From Spironucleus salmonicida (Eukaryota): 64,000 nucleotides of DNA. The notes under the pieces are model-generated. The model was given only the letters and a program-made list of their open reading frames with translations. It did no database searches and was not told the origin of the DNA. A program made the position numbers and the translations under genes. Position 1 is the first letter of the stretch; the number at the start of each line of letters is the position of its first letter. Below are positions 29,510 through 43,036 of the stretch, piece after piece. The stretch spans positions 1,612,001-1,676,000 of the forward strand of contig NC_090596.1 of assembly GCF_000497125.1 (NCBI RefSeq), written 5' to 3'.

Positions 29510-31162
29510 ATGCTAAAAATTCATATTCCGCCTTTAGTATTTAAAGAAATTAATTATAGCTAGCTATCATTTTCGTTATAGATTGATTACAAAGATTAAT
29601 TTGATATTAATTATTAAAAAAAGTACATACAAAAATTTGATAGAATCACAACTGAAGTAAATTAGATATTTAGGCATCTTGAAACCAATTTTATAATACT
29701 TACAATTATTATTTAGTTAGATAACAATTTAAATAAATATATTAAAACCGAACTAATGATAAAATAATTTAATACGAAGTTCTAGCATCATTATAATGAT
29801 GCATATATTTAATTAACTATAAATTTAGAATAAGAAAATGATTTTAAATTTAAAAAATGTCTGATGATGAATTTATGCTAAGTACTTCCACTTAATTACT
29901 CTAATATTATATTCTTTTAAGATTAATACAAAGAATTTATATTTAATCAGGGGTTGGAAATTGTTAAAATTCCAGTTATACCTCCAGTTATTATTATAAT
30001 TTATGATAAAAATTTTATTATACAGTATAAATTAGCTTTAGATTGTATTCATATTGGATTTCATAATATTAATATTGATATGTTAAAATTATTTTTATCA
30101 TTTAGTAAATATTTACTACATGATATATAGAACACAAAATATAAATTAAACCTAAAATATAAATAATTTGGAATAAATTCTTTATAAATAGAGACTATTA
30201 TTAATAAAACAACTATAGTAAATGATAAATATATTATATAGCTCAAACCTAATAATTCTTTTATAACTTGTAACTAATAATATTATTAAACGTTAATAGA
30301 TATTAATTATGTGTATGATGGTTAGGTATTCATTCCATTCTCGGACTACAATCCTGAGGAATATAGTTTTATAGGTTATGATACATAAAATTAATAATAA
30401 TTTAATATATCTACACTAAAAGAATCAATAAAGTAATCGCAGGATCCGTAGAAAGAAATACTTATTGACTCATACAGTATTCATAAAAAGATAAATAAAT
30501 AACTATTGTCACCAATTAGTATAAACAAACAAGAAAGATCCATATTCTAGTAGTCTGAGATGGACTTTGTATAAATTAATTCCACGGTTAGATAATCTAC
30601 GCCATAGTTATTTTAAGATTTACAGTAAAATACTAGATCAAAATCAAATAATTTAGAGTAAGGAAAAATTTAAAAGAAACCCCAAATGTCAGGCACAGAT
30701 TCATTATCTGAAAAATAATCTTACATTATAAAATAGAAATAACTGAAATAACAATTTACGTTTATACCATAGGTTAAATACAAATCCGAAATGCAAAAAA
30801 TCATAAACTTATCACCAGAGATTTCTTTCAAATAAAAATATGAGCTTATGCTTGAAAATTAGAAGTAATAAAGATTAATTAGACTATAATAACTCTAAAA
30901 AACTATTTAATAAACTTAATATTAACTATAATAAGGAGGTTTATAATTGTCTGGCACCAAGTTAGACTAGTAAATAGAATAACATGAACTAGTATAACAA
31001 GATAGAGATTAGCTACTGCAAAGGATAACTATGTCATAATATAAAGTAGAGCAATTAAAACGTGATGAGATAGAGCAAATTAGACAATAATTTTATTAGA
31101 ATCTATATGATGAAAAAGAGACAAGTTATATTAACTTAAACAATAATAAAAAATTGTAGTGA
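29510..31162 (+). CDS. Hypothetical protein (550 aa), Gln-rich C-terminus
   Basis: ATG 29510 is in frame with TAG-TGA at 31162. Confidence 0.7.
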
Positions 31163-31201
31163 ATATTATATTAGGTTTCAATTTTATTTCTACTTTCCAC
31201 T

Positions 31202-34060
31202 ATGTCTATTTAAAGAAAGCTAGCATTATCATCATTTGATTTATCTATTGTCATTAAAAAACTAAACGAAGATCTATAAAATTCTAGATTAAATATGATC
31301 AACTCCTCTAAATAAGGCTTAATTTTAAAACTACATTCTCCTGTTTCTTCTTTAAAGTATAAATTAGTTATAGGGCCTTCTACACTTTATACTACGTAAT
31401 TTGATATTCATTCCGTGTCAACCCCCTCATCATTTGTTATTTCATGTAGAAAGCATTTAGGGAATTTATCACTTTTACATATATAGCAGGTTAATTTTGA
31501 TCGTACTATACTTTTGATATTTGGTAGAGTTAATGATCCTAGAAAAGTGTTAGTCGTCGAAATGTTTGGTAAAGGGAACCAGATTTTATGTCAACCAGAT
31601 CTTAAAATTATTACGTCAAATGTGTATATGAAATCACCAGTTTATAGTATATTTCCAGGGTAAACTCTAAATAATATTTTAGATTTAGTAAATATTGATA
31701 CATTTAAATAAGTAGTTGAAACTGCAAAAACCGCTAAAGGTCAAAAAAATTAATTAAGATATGTTTTGGCTTCTACATATTTCATTGGAGGAGCGACAGC
31801 AAGTATTATATTAAGATATTGTTAGCTGGCAGCAGGTGTTAAATGTGCTAATCCAAATATAAATTTAGAGTTAGTATTTTCTTATGTTGAAAAAATAATG
31901 AATGCTATGAAATAAAGCTTACTGAGTAAATAAGGCTTTATTTATTTTTATAAAGAAGATGAACTGGATCTTAAAGATATTGGTGAGGACGATATTGTTA
32001 AAAGATCTATTAGAGTTGCAGAATTCCATCCAATTAATATGAACTTAATATTTGAAGGATTATATTAAGATAATTGTGTAGAATAGAAAGATGATTTTGT
32101 TTAATGTTTAGATGAGTATTTTAATTTAGTTAACTCAGCATATGGTTTCCAAAATAGAGCTCTGCTTATAAATAAGCAAGTAGCTAAACACGAAAATTTG
32201 CAATCAGAAAATCAATTTAAAGTAGATGAACTATATAATTAGGCATTATATAATAGATTTTTAGGTGATATCTGCATTTTGAATAGTAGTTTTATCGATA
32301 AGTTATTAAATACATTATAGCAGTTGTTTAAAAATTAAGTATTACGTTGGAGTAACATTGAAAAATAAATGAATCTATAATCTAATCTAATTTTTAACTT
32401 TATTTCATCTGTTGATTTAATATAGAAGAATTTTACTATTAATATAGTAGTTCCTAAAGATTAGCTGGATTAGCTGGAGATTGAATCATTTAAATATCTA
32501 CATTAGTTAGTTGATATATAGTATGAATATCTTGGGGAAGAAGTATAAACATAAGATAATTTTCTTATTGAATTAAATTTACAAGATAATTCTAGAACTA
32601 TATCAAGAAGACTATATGATGAAGCTAAATTACTTGAAACCAAGGCTGGAAGGACTTCATAGCATACTGAAGATGCAATATAAAGAATAACTAAAATATC
32701 TTAATAAAATATTAATAAAATATTAAAAGATACCGAGGACCAGCTTACTATTTTAACGAAATAGAGACCTCCATTATGGTTTGAAAAATTCAACTGGTTT
32801 ATGTCTTCAGATGGGTACTTAGTTTTAGCTGGAAGAGATGCATAGTCAAATGAGCTTCTTGTCAAAAAGTTCATGACTAATGATGATATATTTATACATG
32901 CAGATGTGCATGGTGCCGCATGCACAATTATTAAGGCTCCAAAATTAGAGGGAAAATGGCAACCTCCATTAAATACTTTAAATGAAGCAGCTACATATAC
33001 TGTAACACATTCCCGATTATGGGAAACTGGAGTGTCTGCATAATCATACTGGGTATATGGTGAATAAGTATCAAAGACAGCACCCACTGGTTTATATATA
33101 GGAACTGGTGGCTTTGTGGTAAGGGGTAAACGTAACTTTTTGGACATAGCTAATTTAAAACTAGCACTTTATGTTTTATATAGATATACTGAGCCTTAAG
33201 AATATTTTATTACTAAAAATCCGGATACTCAATTAAACTCCTGCTTTTAGTACGGACAAAGTGATGCTGATAAAATTACTGTCGTGTAAACTAAGAAACA
33301 AAAGCTAGTTTAAAAATCTCACTAAGATTTAGTTAAAGATAGTAACAAAGAATAGCGTAAGGACGCAAAGAAAGAGAGATAAAGAATTATTGCAGATATG
33401 AAATTTAAAGCAAAGCTTAAACGTCTAGAGTAAGAAGGTCGTACTGAAGATATTGAAAAGGCTTTAAGTAAGAAAACTGTGAAATAAGACGAAATCGTAA
33501 TTAATAGGTAAGATTATTGTATCATGTGTGGAGGAAATCATATATACGAATACTGCTAATCTAATAATACTCAAAATTCTAGTTCTGATTCAGACTTAAC
33601 TGATCATGAAACCTCTCAATCATCTTAATCTAATGATCTAGAATTAGTTGTTAAAGACCTCACTGATAATTAATTTAGTCTCGTTTAGCAAGCATATACA
33701 CTATCCCCAATTTTTAATTTAGAATAATAACCGGTAATTATATTGACGATCTGTCCATTAAATGCGATTCCTGAGGGCGTTAAATATCTTGAAATGTAAC
33801 CTGGTTAGATTATTAGAAGCTCATGTGGGAAGGTTATCAAGGAATGGTCACTAAGATAGTATTTAGATTCTCCTTATATAACTCAAGGTATTAAAAACAT
33901 CTAGGACCACCAGATCATGGTAGCAATACCAGGAAGGTGTTAATTCCAGGGTTATGGTATAGGGAAGATTTTACAAAACGTCTCTAAGTAGTAGGTATCG
34001 AAAGAGGCTAAAAAGTAGATTGCTAAGGCCAAAGACATTAAAGAAGGCAATAAAAAATGA
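31202..34060 (+). CDS. NEMF: Ribosome quality control factor NEMF/Rqc2 (952 aa)
   Basis: SSFDL, [85 protein letters not shown]. Confidence 0.95.
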
Positions 34061-34061
34061 G

Positions 34062-34526
34062 TCACTTTTACCATACTTATATGAACTACTGGATAGCATC
34101 CGGGTGGACTTAGATAAGCTAGCTCACTTTCAAAATTTCTGATTATTTGGTCATTATTTTATCTAATTTGGTATTTTCTATACGGGCACGTTCTAGCTTT
34201 TCGGTAAGTTAATTTAACTTTCCCTTGTTTAGAGTTAGTGCCTGCTGGGACTGATGTTTTTTAATCAATAGTTTTTAACTACTCGCCTACTTAATGAGAA
34301 TCTCCTATTTGCGGTTGTGAATTTAGTCTTTCAGGCGCTTCAAAATATCCATCTTACGGATATGCTCAGACTCAATGCAGAAATATTCTTACAGAGTGCT
34401 TTCGAGTTGCTTTTGTTATTAATTTAGTTATTGCTAACTAAAATTCAATAGAGCTTCTTCTACACTTATTTGAATTACTAAATCGTCAACAAGTTATTTC
34501 TGCACATTTTTACTTGACGGTAACAT
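34062..34526 (-). CDS. Hypothetical coiled-coil protein (154 aa)
   Basis: MLPSSKNVQKQLVDDL...FIQVWQK*. Confidence 0.75.
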
Positions 34527-34559
34527 TTTGTCTTAAAAATCAAATAATAAAGATAAATC

Positions 34560-35453
34560 TCATTACAGAATTTCATTCAGGTCGTAGCTTACTATCCCAA
34601 TTTCCTCAGATTTCTTCCCATCATTACCATTCTCCCACATGTAGCTTTTAGCTATAAAAACTCTATTCCCTCCAATAACTACACTACTAACTCCCCCGCT
34701 CTCGCTGATCTTGAAAATCTTTTTCCGCATTTTTAAATCCCAAAAATAAACCTGTCCATCCGCACCACAGCTAACTAAGCAGCCAGAAACCAGTGCTAAG
34801 CCATGTACAGGATAACTTATACCGTCTGTTTTGTGTGCTCTGAAAGCAAATTTTTCAGTTCCTTCTACTGCTACACGTCCTTCGACAGAAGAAATAGTCA
34901 AAAATTACTCATTTTGAGCTAAAAATCTTGTCTAATGTCGCAAAGGAGATTCAATACGATTAATTAGATTCAATGAATCATCAAATGTCAGAATCTCACG
35001 ATTTGAAATTGCGATTGTAAGATGTGAAGTAGAATTAGAGGAAGCGAACGGTCGTCCAGGAAGTGGAAATTGTGCTAAACGCTCGAGTTTCTATAAATTC
35101 CATGAAGTTAAAATTTCGTCATACCCTGCAGAAAAAAGGCGGTCTTGAAAGAAGTTGAGTGTTCGGACTGGTGCTGAATGCTTTCCAAGAAGTTTAGTTT
35201 GTTTTTAGGAGTGATTATAAAGTAATATTTAGCCATCTGAACATCCGATTGCAAGCATATTATTTTCTACAAAAATAATAGATAAAGGAACTGCTTGTAC
35301 GTTCACGGTTTGTAGATGCTTTACTAAAATTGTATCATATAGATAAATATTTTGATCCCATGATGCAGCAGCTAATATTTTACCATCTGGTGATAACTAT
35401 ATCGTCTAAATTGAGTCTCTTGGCATCGAAGGGTAGATTGTTCTCGACTTCAT
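34560..35453 (-). CDS. Bub3/Rae1 family WD40 protein (297 aa)
   Basis: PRDSIQTI, AASWD, IESPLRHQTR, SSVEGRVAVE, FAFRAHK..YPVH, SCGADG, SYMWENG. Confidence 0.9.
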
Positions 35454-35519
35454 TTCTAGAAATAGGGTAAATTTTTGTAATATTCTATATAATAATGCAG
35501 TAATTATTAATTCTAAAAT

Positions 35520-37250
35520 ATGGAAAATATTGATCTGAATAAAAATAATTTAAGCAAGACCAGGGTAATATCAGCAGAAAGCAGTGAATAGATATAGTAA
35601 TAGGAATAATTATCATCATCAATATCAGATTTAGTATTTGATGCAGATTTAAAACTTTTAACTAAATCCTACTAAGATACTAACATGAAATAATTAAATG
35701 AGTCTAAAATATAAATTTAAAAGCTTATATACGGGCAAGAATCATTATAAACGTTAGTATAAAAATAATAACACATCATTAACAACCTTCTTGTTGAAAA
35801 TAAGAGTTTAAAACAAGCTAATTAAAATATAGCGTAAAATTATAAACTCCTTTTCAGTGATATTTCATAAGAGCATCAAGACAAGGTTAAATAACTAGAG
35901 CTGTAAATATAATCAGTTTATAACATTGTTAATAACGCTACCTAGGATCCTTCAAATTTGATCAACGATAAAGATTAGCATCAGTTAAACCGAAGTAAAG
36001 TTTAACTAGATCTTATGATTTAAAAATTGAAAGTTATGGAATAATAACTGCATTGTACTCGTGAAACGTAATTATATCAAACTATTCAATAGTAATATAA
36101 TTATAATCACTAAGCTCCAACAGCATAATAATCAATATCTCAGCCTGCAATTATATAATAATCATAATTTATTGACCAATAAAATTTTTAAGATACTTTA
36201 TAACAGAATAGGTAATAAGATTTCACACTTAACTGTAATATTGAACAAGTATAATAAAAATAACTGACTTAATCACCACATATTGTAGCAATAAATACAC
36301 ACTAATAAAATAATCATCAGATTGACATAAAGGTAGATGATTTAGACACAAGGTTATAATAGAAAATTCCTTCTTTATCAGATTAAGACCAGCAGCATGA
36401 TTAGCAATCTAATTAATAGTAAGAAGATAACTATTTATAAATGGACCCACAACCTAACAAATAAATAACTAAGCAATAAGCCTCCTAGCCAATACCCCTT
36501 TCTCCTTAAAATAAAAAAGCAGTAAAATTCACTTTCGATATCACAAAGAAGTAAAATCCTGAAGTATTGTAATAACCCTCATAAATATAATTAACACCGA
36601 AAAGAAAAGCATAAGATCTATCGCATGCTCTTCAATTCTCTCAACCTGCTTTTGATTCCAAAAAATTATTAAATGACACATAAAAATATACCAAGTCTAT
36701 ATCAGCCCAATAACCACTCGATGCAGATTTTGATGAAGTTCTTGCAGCACATCCTCCAACTTTTGTATAATCGTTTTCTTAACCAAGAACAAGTGAGAAA
36801 AGAGAATTTTCCGAATAAAACTGGCGTAATTTTACTAAAAAAATTCCTAAATTTATACCAGATTAGCGAACAGTCTTGAATTCTTTTAAGAGTACACTTT
36901 TATCATAACAGCAAAAATTATACGATAAGTAATTTATTATTTTTCAAGAATTATCTCATCTTTTCACTTGCAAACCAGAAGAGGTTGCTGTAAAAATTTC
37001 TGAAAATTAATCTAATTTAGAACGGTCTATTGACCACTATTAGAATTTTGGCACATCCCGTAGACTTTCAGAATTACACGTTTTAATGCGTTTTCATGGG
37101 TTGATTATTAGATTTTGCGATTTTGCGGATTTATAACTAATGCAAAAATTTGAAAAAATGCCTAAACCTGATGGAAAAGGGGCAATTCTAACTCGACTAC
37201 CAGTTCAGGATGGGAATGGTAAATGGGTAGTCTTGGCGAGTTTGTAGTGA
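35520..37250 (+). CDS. Hypothetical Gln-rich coiled-coil protein (576 aa)
   Basis: ATG 35520 is in frame with TAG-TGA at 37250. Confidence 0.7.
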
Positions 37251-37469
37251 TTGGTGTTGCTTTTTGTGTTATGGATTTTTATTAGAAGCTAATAAACTTA
37301 GAGTAAAATAGAAATTTGATAGTTATTAGGAATTGATAGAGCTAGAAATTTCTATGTTAAAATAGTAAAGGTGATATGCTAAATTTATATATATTTCTAA
37401 TGTTATTGCATAATAAAAGTTTTTGAAGAGACAATATTTTTATTGACTTAATTGAAGGGTACTCATAAT

Positions 37470-39224
37470 TCACTACTAGTATTTTTATTATTTACTATTT
37501 TTCATAACAACCAAGTCTTTCGCCTTTAGTAAGGCTTAATCTGTAATGTTAAGAGCATGCTATTTAATCTTGTATTTTATTTTTTATTTCCCATATTAGT
37601 TTATTGTAATTGAATCAAGAGATGTAACTGGCTTATCAAACTCTCGAGTTATTTTGCATAGCTATACTCTCCTCGTTTTATACTGGAGTGCTTAATATTA
37701 ACTAAAGTCAACTAATGATTTTTATTTTTATTAAATGTGCGGTAATTCATCTACTTATTGGGCAATAAGAGACTAAAATTGATTTTCACAGCGTACTTTT
37801 TCAAAAATCTAAGGTGAATTGTTGAGTTCATCAAACTATTCCATAACAGAGCAACAACTTTTTCTAGTCTCTATAGGAGACATAATAAGCTTCAATGGAC
37901 TTTAAGATACTAAACTAATTGACTATTACTCAGTAATATTTTTAGTGTAAAGAGGCTACTACATCTCATTCTACTTTGGATCTTCAATAATACTATTTTT
38001 ACTTTATAATTATTTCTTATCAACGTTAGGCAACTATTGTATTTAAAAGGAACTATTTACATCATTCATATTTATAGTTGAAAGAACAATCTAATCAGAT
38101 ATTTTTAGTATTTAAGTTTATTTAGAATCAAATTAAGGACATACTGGTTAAACTACCTATAAAGAAACATTAAATTCTTAATTATTGTTAGCATTATTGG
38201 TATGCATATCGTTTTTCTTAAACAATAATGGTTTACCCTTATCATTGCTTAAATTTAAATTTTATTATATTAAGTTTTTATCGTCATTTTAGTAAATTTC
38301 TTATAGAGGAAGCTCCAAATTACGTGCTAACTGATTTTTCGTAGTTTAATGCTAGATTTATGAAAAATCATTAATTTCTAATGTGTCTTATTAGTCAATC
38401 CTCTAGACAGTATTTATACCTTCGTTAGAAATTTATAATTATTAAATATTTTCTTCAAATTATTTGTGGGTAATTATATTTTTTGCAACATCAGGAAATG
38501 ATTCATTATTACCAACGATAATCTATGAATTATTGATATTTGTTGTATGATTCAACACTTCAACTATTTAATTTTATGCTTATATAAATTATAATGATTT
38601 TTTAATTGATACTTGTTAATTGCTATCAATAAATTCAGACAAATCAATTTAATTTTACTATTTTGAACCAGTTTATCTATCTTATATTTCGAAAATAACT
38701 TCTAATTATATCTATTTAACCTTGTATACACCATATTCTAAGTCTGTCACCAAAATCTAATGGGCACAACTAGAAAAACAAATAAAGTTATAAATAATAA
38801 CTTTTGTAAATATTTTTGGGCTATGATTGAAATTAAACGATTTAAATTAATCTGTACACACTAATATATTATTTTATGCCAAATATTCTAATTTTGATAA
38901 GATAAATTAACTTTTAACTGGCTACTGTTGATAAAAAGCAACAATAGTAAACTATACTTTTTTTAATTTAATGCTATAAGATTTTTACTCAAGTGTATTG
39001 TCTACATTTAAATAAAATTGTGTGTTATCAATATTAATAACCAATGAGTATGACTTAGTATATTAACTTTAGTACACTAATTATTAGTTTTCTCTTAGCG
39101 CTGTTGATTTAGTATAATAACATACTAAGCCTTATTTATTTTTGTAAGTGATTTTGATAGATATATTAAAACTATCTTCCTCATCTTCTAGGTAACAAAC
39201 ATTTTAAATTTTTAATTTAATCAT
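37470..39224 (-). CDS. Hypothetical protein (584 aa)
   Basis: MIKLKIQNVCYLEDEEDSFNISIKI... in frame with TAG-TGA at 37470. Confidence 0.7.
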
Positions 39225-39266
39225 CTAATAAATGAATAACTTATATCTTAATATATAATAAGAAAG

Positions 39267-40691
39267 TCACTTTTATTTTTTAGATTTTAATTAACCAAGG
39301 ACATCCTCATAGTCAAAACATTTTTATTAAAGAACAGCTAAGTTCATTTTGCATTAAATATTGCCTTATAATAGTTTTTAGGATTCTTAATCTTTGTTGT
39401 CTATTATCAACTTTAATGATTCGTTATTCTCTTCTAACTAGCAACATCTCGCCTACTCCTCCGCTAGAAGGGCCTTGAAAGCAATAGCAGACTATAGCGA
39501 TGCATCCAGGGAGGCAATCTGTCCCTGCTGCGCGTCAGTCTCAGTCTGAAGTGCGGCCATCTCGCTTTAAAGCGTATCATAGGCAGACTATAATGCCTCC
39601 AGCTCTCTGGAAGAAGCTTGCTACAATTCGGCCAGCTCGGCAGAGGTGTGCTCTAGCTTAGGTGCTAACGCGCTTGCCTCATCTAGTTACTGTTAGAGAC
39701 CCTCGATCGTGGCCAGCTGCTACGTATTGGTTTACTGTACGGCAGCCAACTCGCTCTGCAGGTCACTCCTCATTGCACTTTGCTCATCAAGGGCGGCACT
39801 GGATTATCCCAGCTTCTACTCTTGCTCTTAAAGCTAGGCCTGGAAATCGTTGAGCTCCTCCGCCAACTGACTATTTCTCGCCTACTCCTCCGCTAGAAGG
39901 GCCTTGAAAGCAATAGCAGACTATAGCGATGCATCCAGGGAGGCAATCTGTCCCTGCTGCGCGTCAGTCTCAGTCTGAAGTGCGGCCATCTCGCTTTAAA
40001 GCGTATCATAGGCAGACTATAATGCCTCCAGCTCTCTGGAAGAAGCTTGCTACAATTCGGCCAGCTCGGCAGAGGTGTGCTCTAGCTTAGGTGCTAACGC
40101 GCTTGCCTCATCTAGTTACTGTTAGAGACCCTCGATCGTGGCCAGCTGCTACGTATTGGTTTACTGTACGGCAGCCAACTCGCTCTGCAGGTCACTCCTC
40201 ATTGCACTTTGCTCATCAAGGGCGGCACTGGATTATCCCAGCTTCTACTCTTGCTCTTAAAGCTAGGCCTGGAAATCGTTGAGCTCCTCCGCCAACTGAC
40301 TATTTCTCGCCTACTCCTCCGCTAGAAGGGCCTTGAAAGCAATAGCAGACTATAGCGATGCATCCAGGGAGGCAATCTGTCCCTGCTGCGCGTTGTTTTC
40401 TGTGTTTATCGAATCTACATCGACTTGTTTCAGCTTATCTACTTAGCCTTAATCTATTTTTACCTAAATATATTTTAAAAGTACCTATATTTTTGTTTAA
40501 TATTCCTCAATAATGCTTATTCTTACTTTTTTTTACATTAATATATTTTGTTTTTAAAGTTCATCAATTTCCTAGCAAATAGTGCTGCTTTGCTAAAATT
40601 CATTAATAATCTATTTATTTTACTGACTAAATGTTAAATAAATATCATCCAATAATTATTACTAAACATTTTAATCTTTAGCACATTTCAT
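39267..40691 (-). CDS. Coiled-coil protein with 143-aa tandem repeats (474 aa as assembled)
   Basis: MKCAKDQNV..., then repeat AQQGQIASLDASLQSAIAFKALLAEEQARNSQLAEELNDFQAQLQ..., ending KSKKQK*. Confidence 0.85.
39447..40393. repeat. Tandem repeat, 429-bp unit, about 2.2 copies, apparently identical
   Basis: Units start at 39447, 39876 and 40305. The identical ORF-track entries at 39662 and 40091 are 429 bp apart. Confidence 0.97.
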
Positions 40692-41949
40692 TTAAGTAAA
40701 TCATCTATAATATATATTATATATAATATTAATATTATTTTTTATGAGTATTCTCTTTCTGATAATAATACTAATATTTTAATATAAATATACTTGGTAT
40801 CGATATTAACAACTCACTGATTGATTTAAATTTGTAATAAATTATTTAAACTATAAATTCGTAGAAGTATGTCAACTTTTACTGAAATTGTTATTCGTAC
40901 AATTACTAATTTTCTATTTCTTGTATTTTTATAGTGAAGCAGATTTATATTTTCATTAAATTTATAATAACGGAATTGTGTAGTCAACTTACTACGATAT
41001 GTACAAACGCAATATTATCAAGAAGTCTTATACCTTAACTGAATAAATCAGGTAACTGGTTTAATTAATATTACCATCTTAATTAATTCATCTAGCTAAT
41101 ATTTTCAAATAAAATATATGTGTCGAGCTAGTATTAAAAAGAGTAGCATGATAAATATTTACTGAAATATAAAGCCAATTCTTTATAATTAGTAAAGATA
41201 GATAAGCTGGACAAATAATAATATATAACTGTAATTTCGATTTAGGATATTTAATATTCTTATTTTAGTATAAAATGAACTATTCTGAATTATTGATGAC
41301 TAATAATATTCAAGAATGATAGAAGCAATTCAAATATATTTATTATACATTATCTTTTAGGTCATATATATATAGCAGAAATAAAGCTCCTTTACTACTT
41401 CTACTTCAAATATATTATTAGTAACTAGTATCCATCTTTAAACCGTTGATTATTTATTAGCTATTTTATTTTTTTAAATAATTAGTTTCCATTAAAGTTT
41501 ATAAAGATGAATAATAAGTAAGCAGTTTAAATATGAATGCAATCTTTTTATGATAACTAGAGCTCTTTCACATTCATATTTGATATAATCGTTAATTTAT
41601 GTATAAATATAAGTAGTAGTATTCCTTATTGAATTGGTGTTAGCAATTTTTATTCTTTATATAAAGATTACAAACATACTTAAGTATATAGAAGAGATTG
41701 CAAAAAAGTAATTATAAATGAAACTAAGAATATTATTTTTTTAACAAGTAAACTGTTCACGCATAATAATAATTTAATGATGACTCTTATTTTCTTTCAA
41801 TTTAATTATTAATATTAAGTAAGTAGATATTACAATTATAACATTAACTTTTGTTAAATGCTCAAAATATAAGTGTGTTGAAATAAATAATTATTATATT
41901 ATAAATAATGTAATTTTTAACACTATAAATGCTCTCAAATTCATAAAAT

Positions 41950-42153
41950 ATGAGTGTATCTCAGTTTTCATCATTTGGTTCATCAGTAGCATCTACAAAA
42001 TAAGTAGTTGGTGAGGCTTTGACACGTTATAATGACTTTCTTGACCAACAGATCGAAGAGACTACAGAGATTATTTAAGCGACTTACGATCGAATTGCAA
42101 ACGCTATGTCAACATCCCATGGATCTGATTTAGGTGTATCTAACTTGTAATGA
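41950..42153 (+). CDS. Small hypothetical protein (67 aa)
   Basis: MSVSQFSSFGSSVASTKQVVGEALTRYNDFLDQQIEETTEIIQATYDRIANAMSTSHGSDLGVSNLQ*. GC is higher than the flanks; ends TAA-TGA. Confidence 0.65.
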
Positions 42154-42164
42154 TACTTTAAACT

Positions 42165-42839
42165 TCACTTTTGCTTTCTAATTTTTGATAAAACTTAATC
42201 AATAAATACCTAATCTACGTCATAAGCATTAATTTTACCCCACGCTGCACAACTAATCTAGCTTGTCACAGGCTTGTCTGACTTTAGAATTTTCCGTATC
42301 TCCACTGACAATTCTTAATACGCGGTTGTGTTAACTTCTGCTACAGGTAGTATCTTTTTTAACTAAGACACACGTTATGCTTTTCCAGTTGACTGGAAAA
42401 CAACAAAAAGAAGCTGATTCTGAGATTTTTCAACGACAACAGAATGAACAACATGCATTTTAGCGTTGGTTTCGATTATTCTAGCCAGCTAATATGACTT
42501 GAAGCGCTTCGGAAATGGTCCAAAAGCAACTGAAAATGGTATAAGATCGAAAGTTTCAGGATCATAAAGTTTAGCGGAATTAAATGAAAGATAGTCGCCA
42601 ATTGAAGCAATATGTGGAGTTGTTTTGAATGCTTACTACACTACATCTATTGATGGTGCAATATAAGATAAAAATGGCATTTTAATGAGTTAAAAAATTG
42701 GAAGCTAAAAATCATTTTCCTTAAGTATGTCATAATTTTCAGGATATATATAGAATTTTTGATAAGAGAAATAGTCGCTTATCGTTTAACGGACTGTTTA
42801 AACTGTACCTGGCTGCTTTGGTTAAGCAATAGTCGACAT
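42165..42839 (-). CDS. La-motif + RRM-like protein (224 aa)
   Basis: VRQTISDYFS...LPIFQLIKMP...VVQQAF resembles a La motif. It is followed by SVAFGPFP and LLFVVFQSTGKA (RNP2/RNP1-like). Confidence 0.6.
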
Positions 42840-43036
42840 TTAGGAGTGAAAAAAGAAGAAGAGAAAATTGGCTTTGAAGGGCAGATATGATATTTTAGTT
42901 AATATATTGATATTGTTTTGGATATTGCAATTTAGTATTTTTTGAAGGTTTTAAATTAAAATTAAAACCAATAAATTATATTATTATTTATTAAATATAA
43001 TTTTATATTTTTATTTCCGCAATTATTATCTCATAA

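Noticed and set aside
32701-33147. 148-aa minus ORF and similar short ORF-track entries (e.g. 10734-11069, 56495-56734, 63367-63726)
   Set aside because: They are antisense or off-frame to well-supported genes (NEMF, glycerol kinase, AAT, acyl-CoA synthetase).
39662-40282. Duplicate 63-aa plus-strand ORFs; possible mobile element or CRISPR
   Set aside because: They are antisense to the coding repeat. There are no spacers, terminal repeats or transposase/RT motifs.
41550-42014. Plus-strand ORF in the gene-poor gap
   Set aside because: Composition is typical of AT-rich non-coding DNA, and it overlaps the better-supported 67-aa ORF.
42785-42840. Hairpin and U1-like ACTGTACCTGG
   Set aside because: Does not match ACTTACCTG and is explained by the 5' coding region of the La-like gene on the minus strand.
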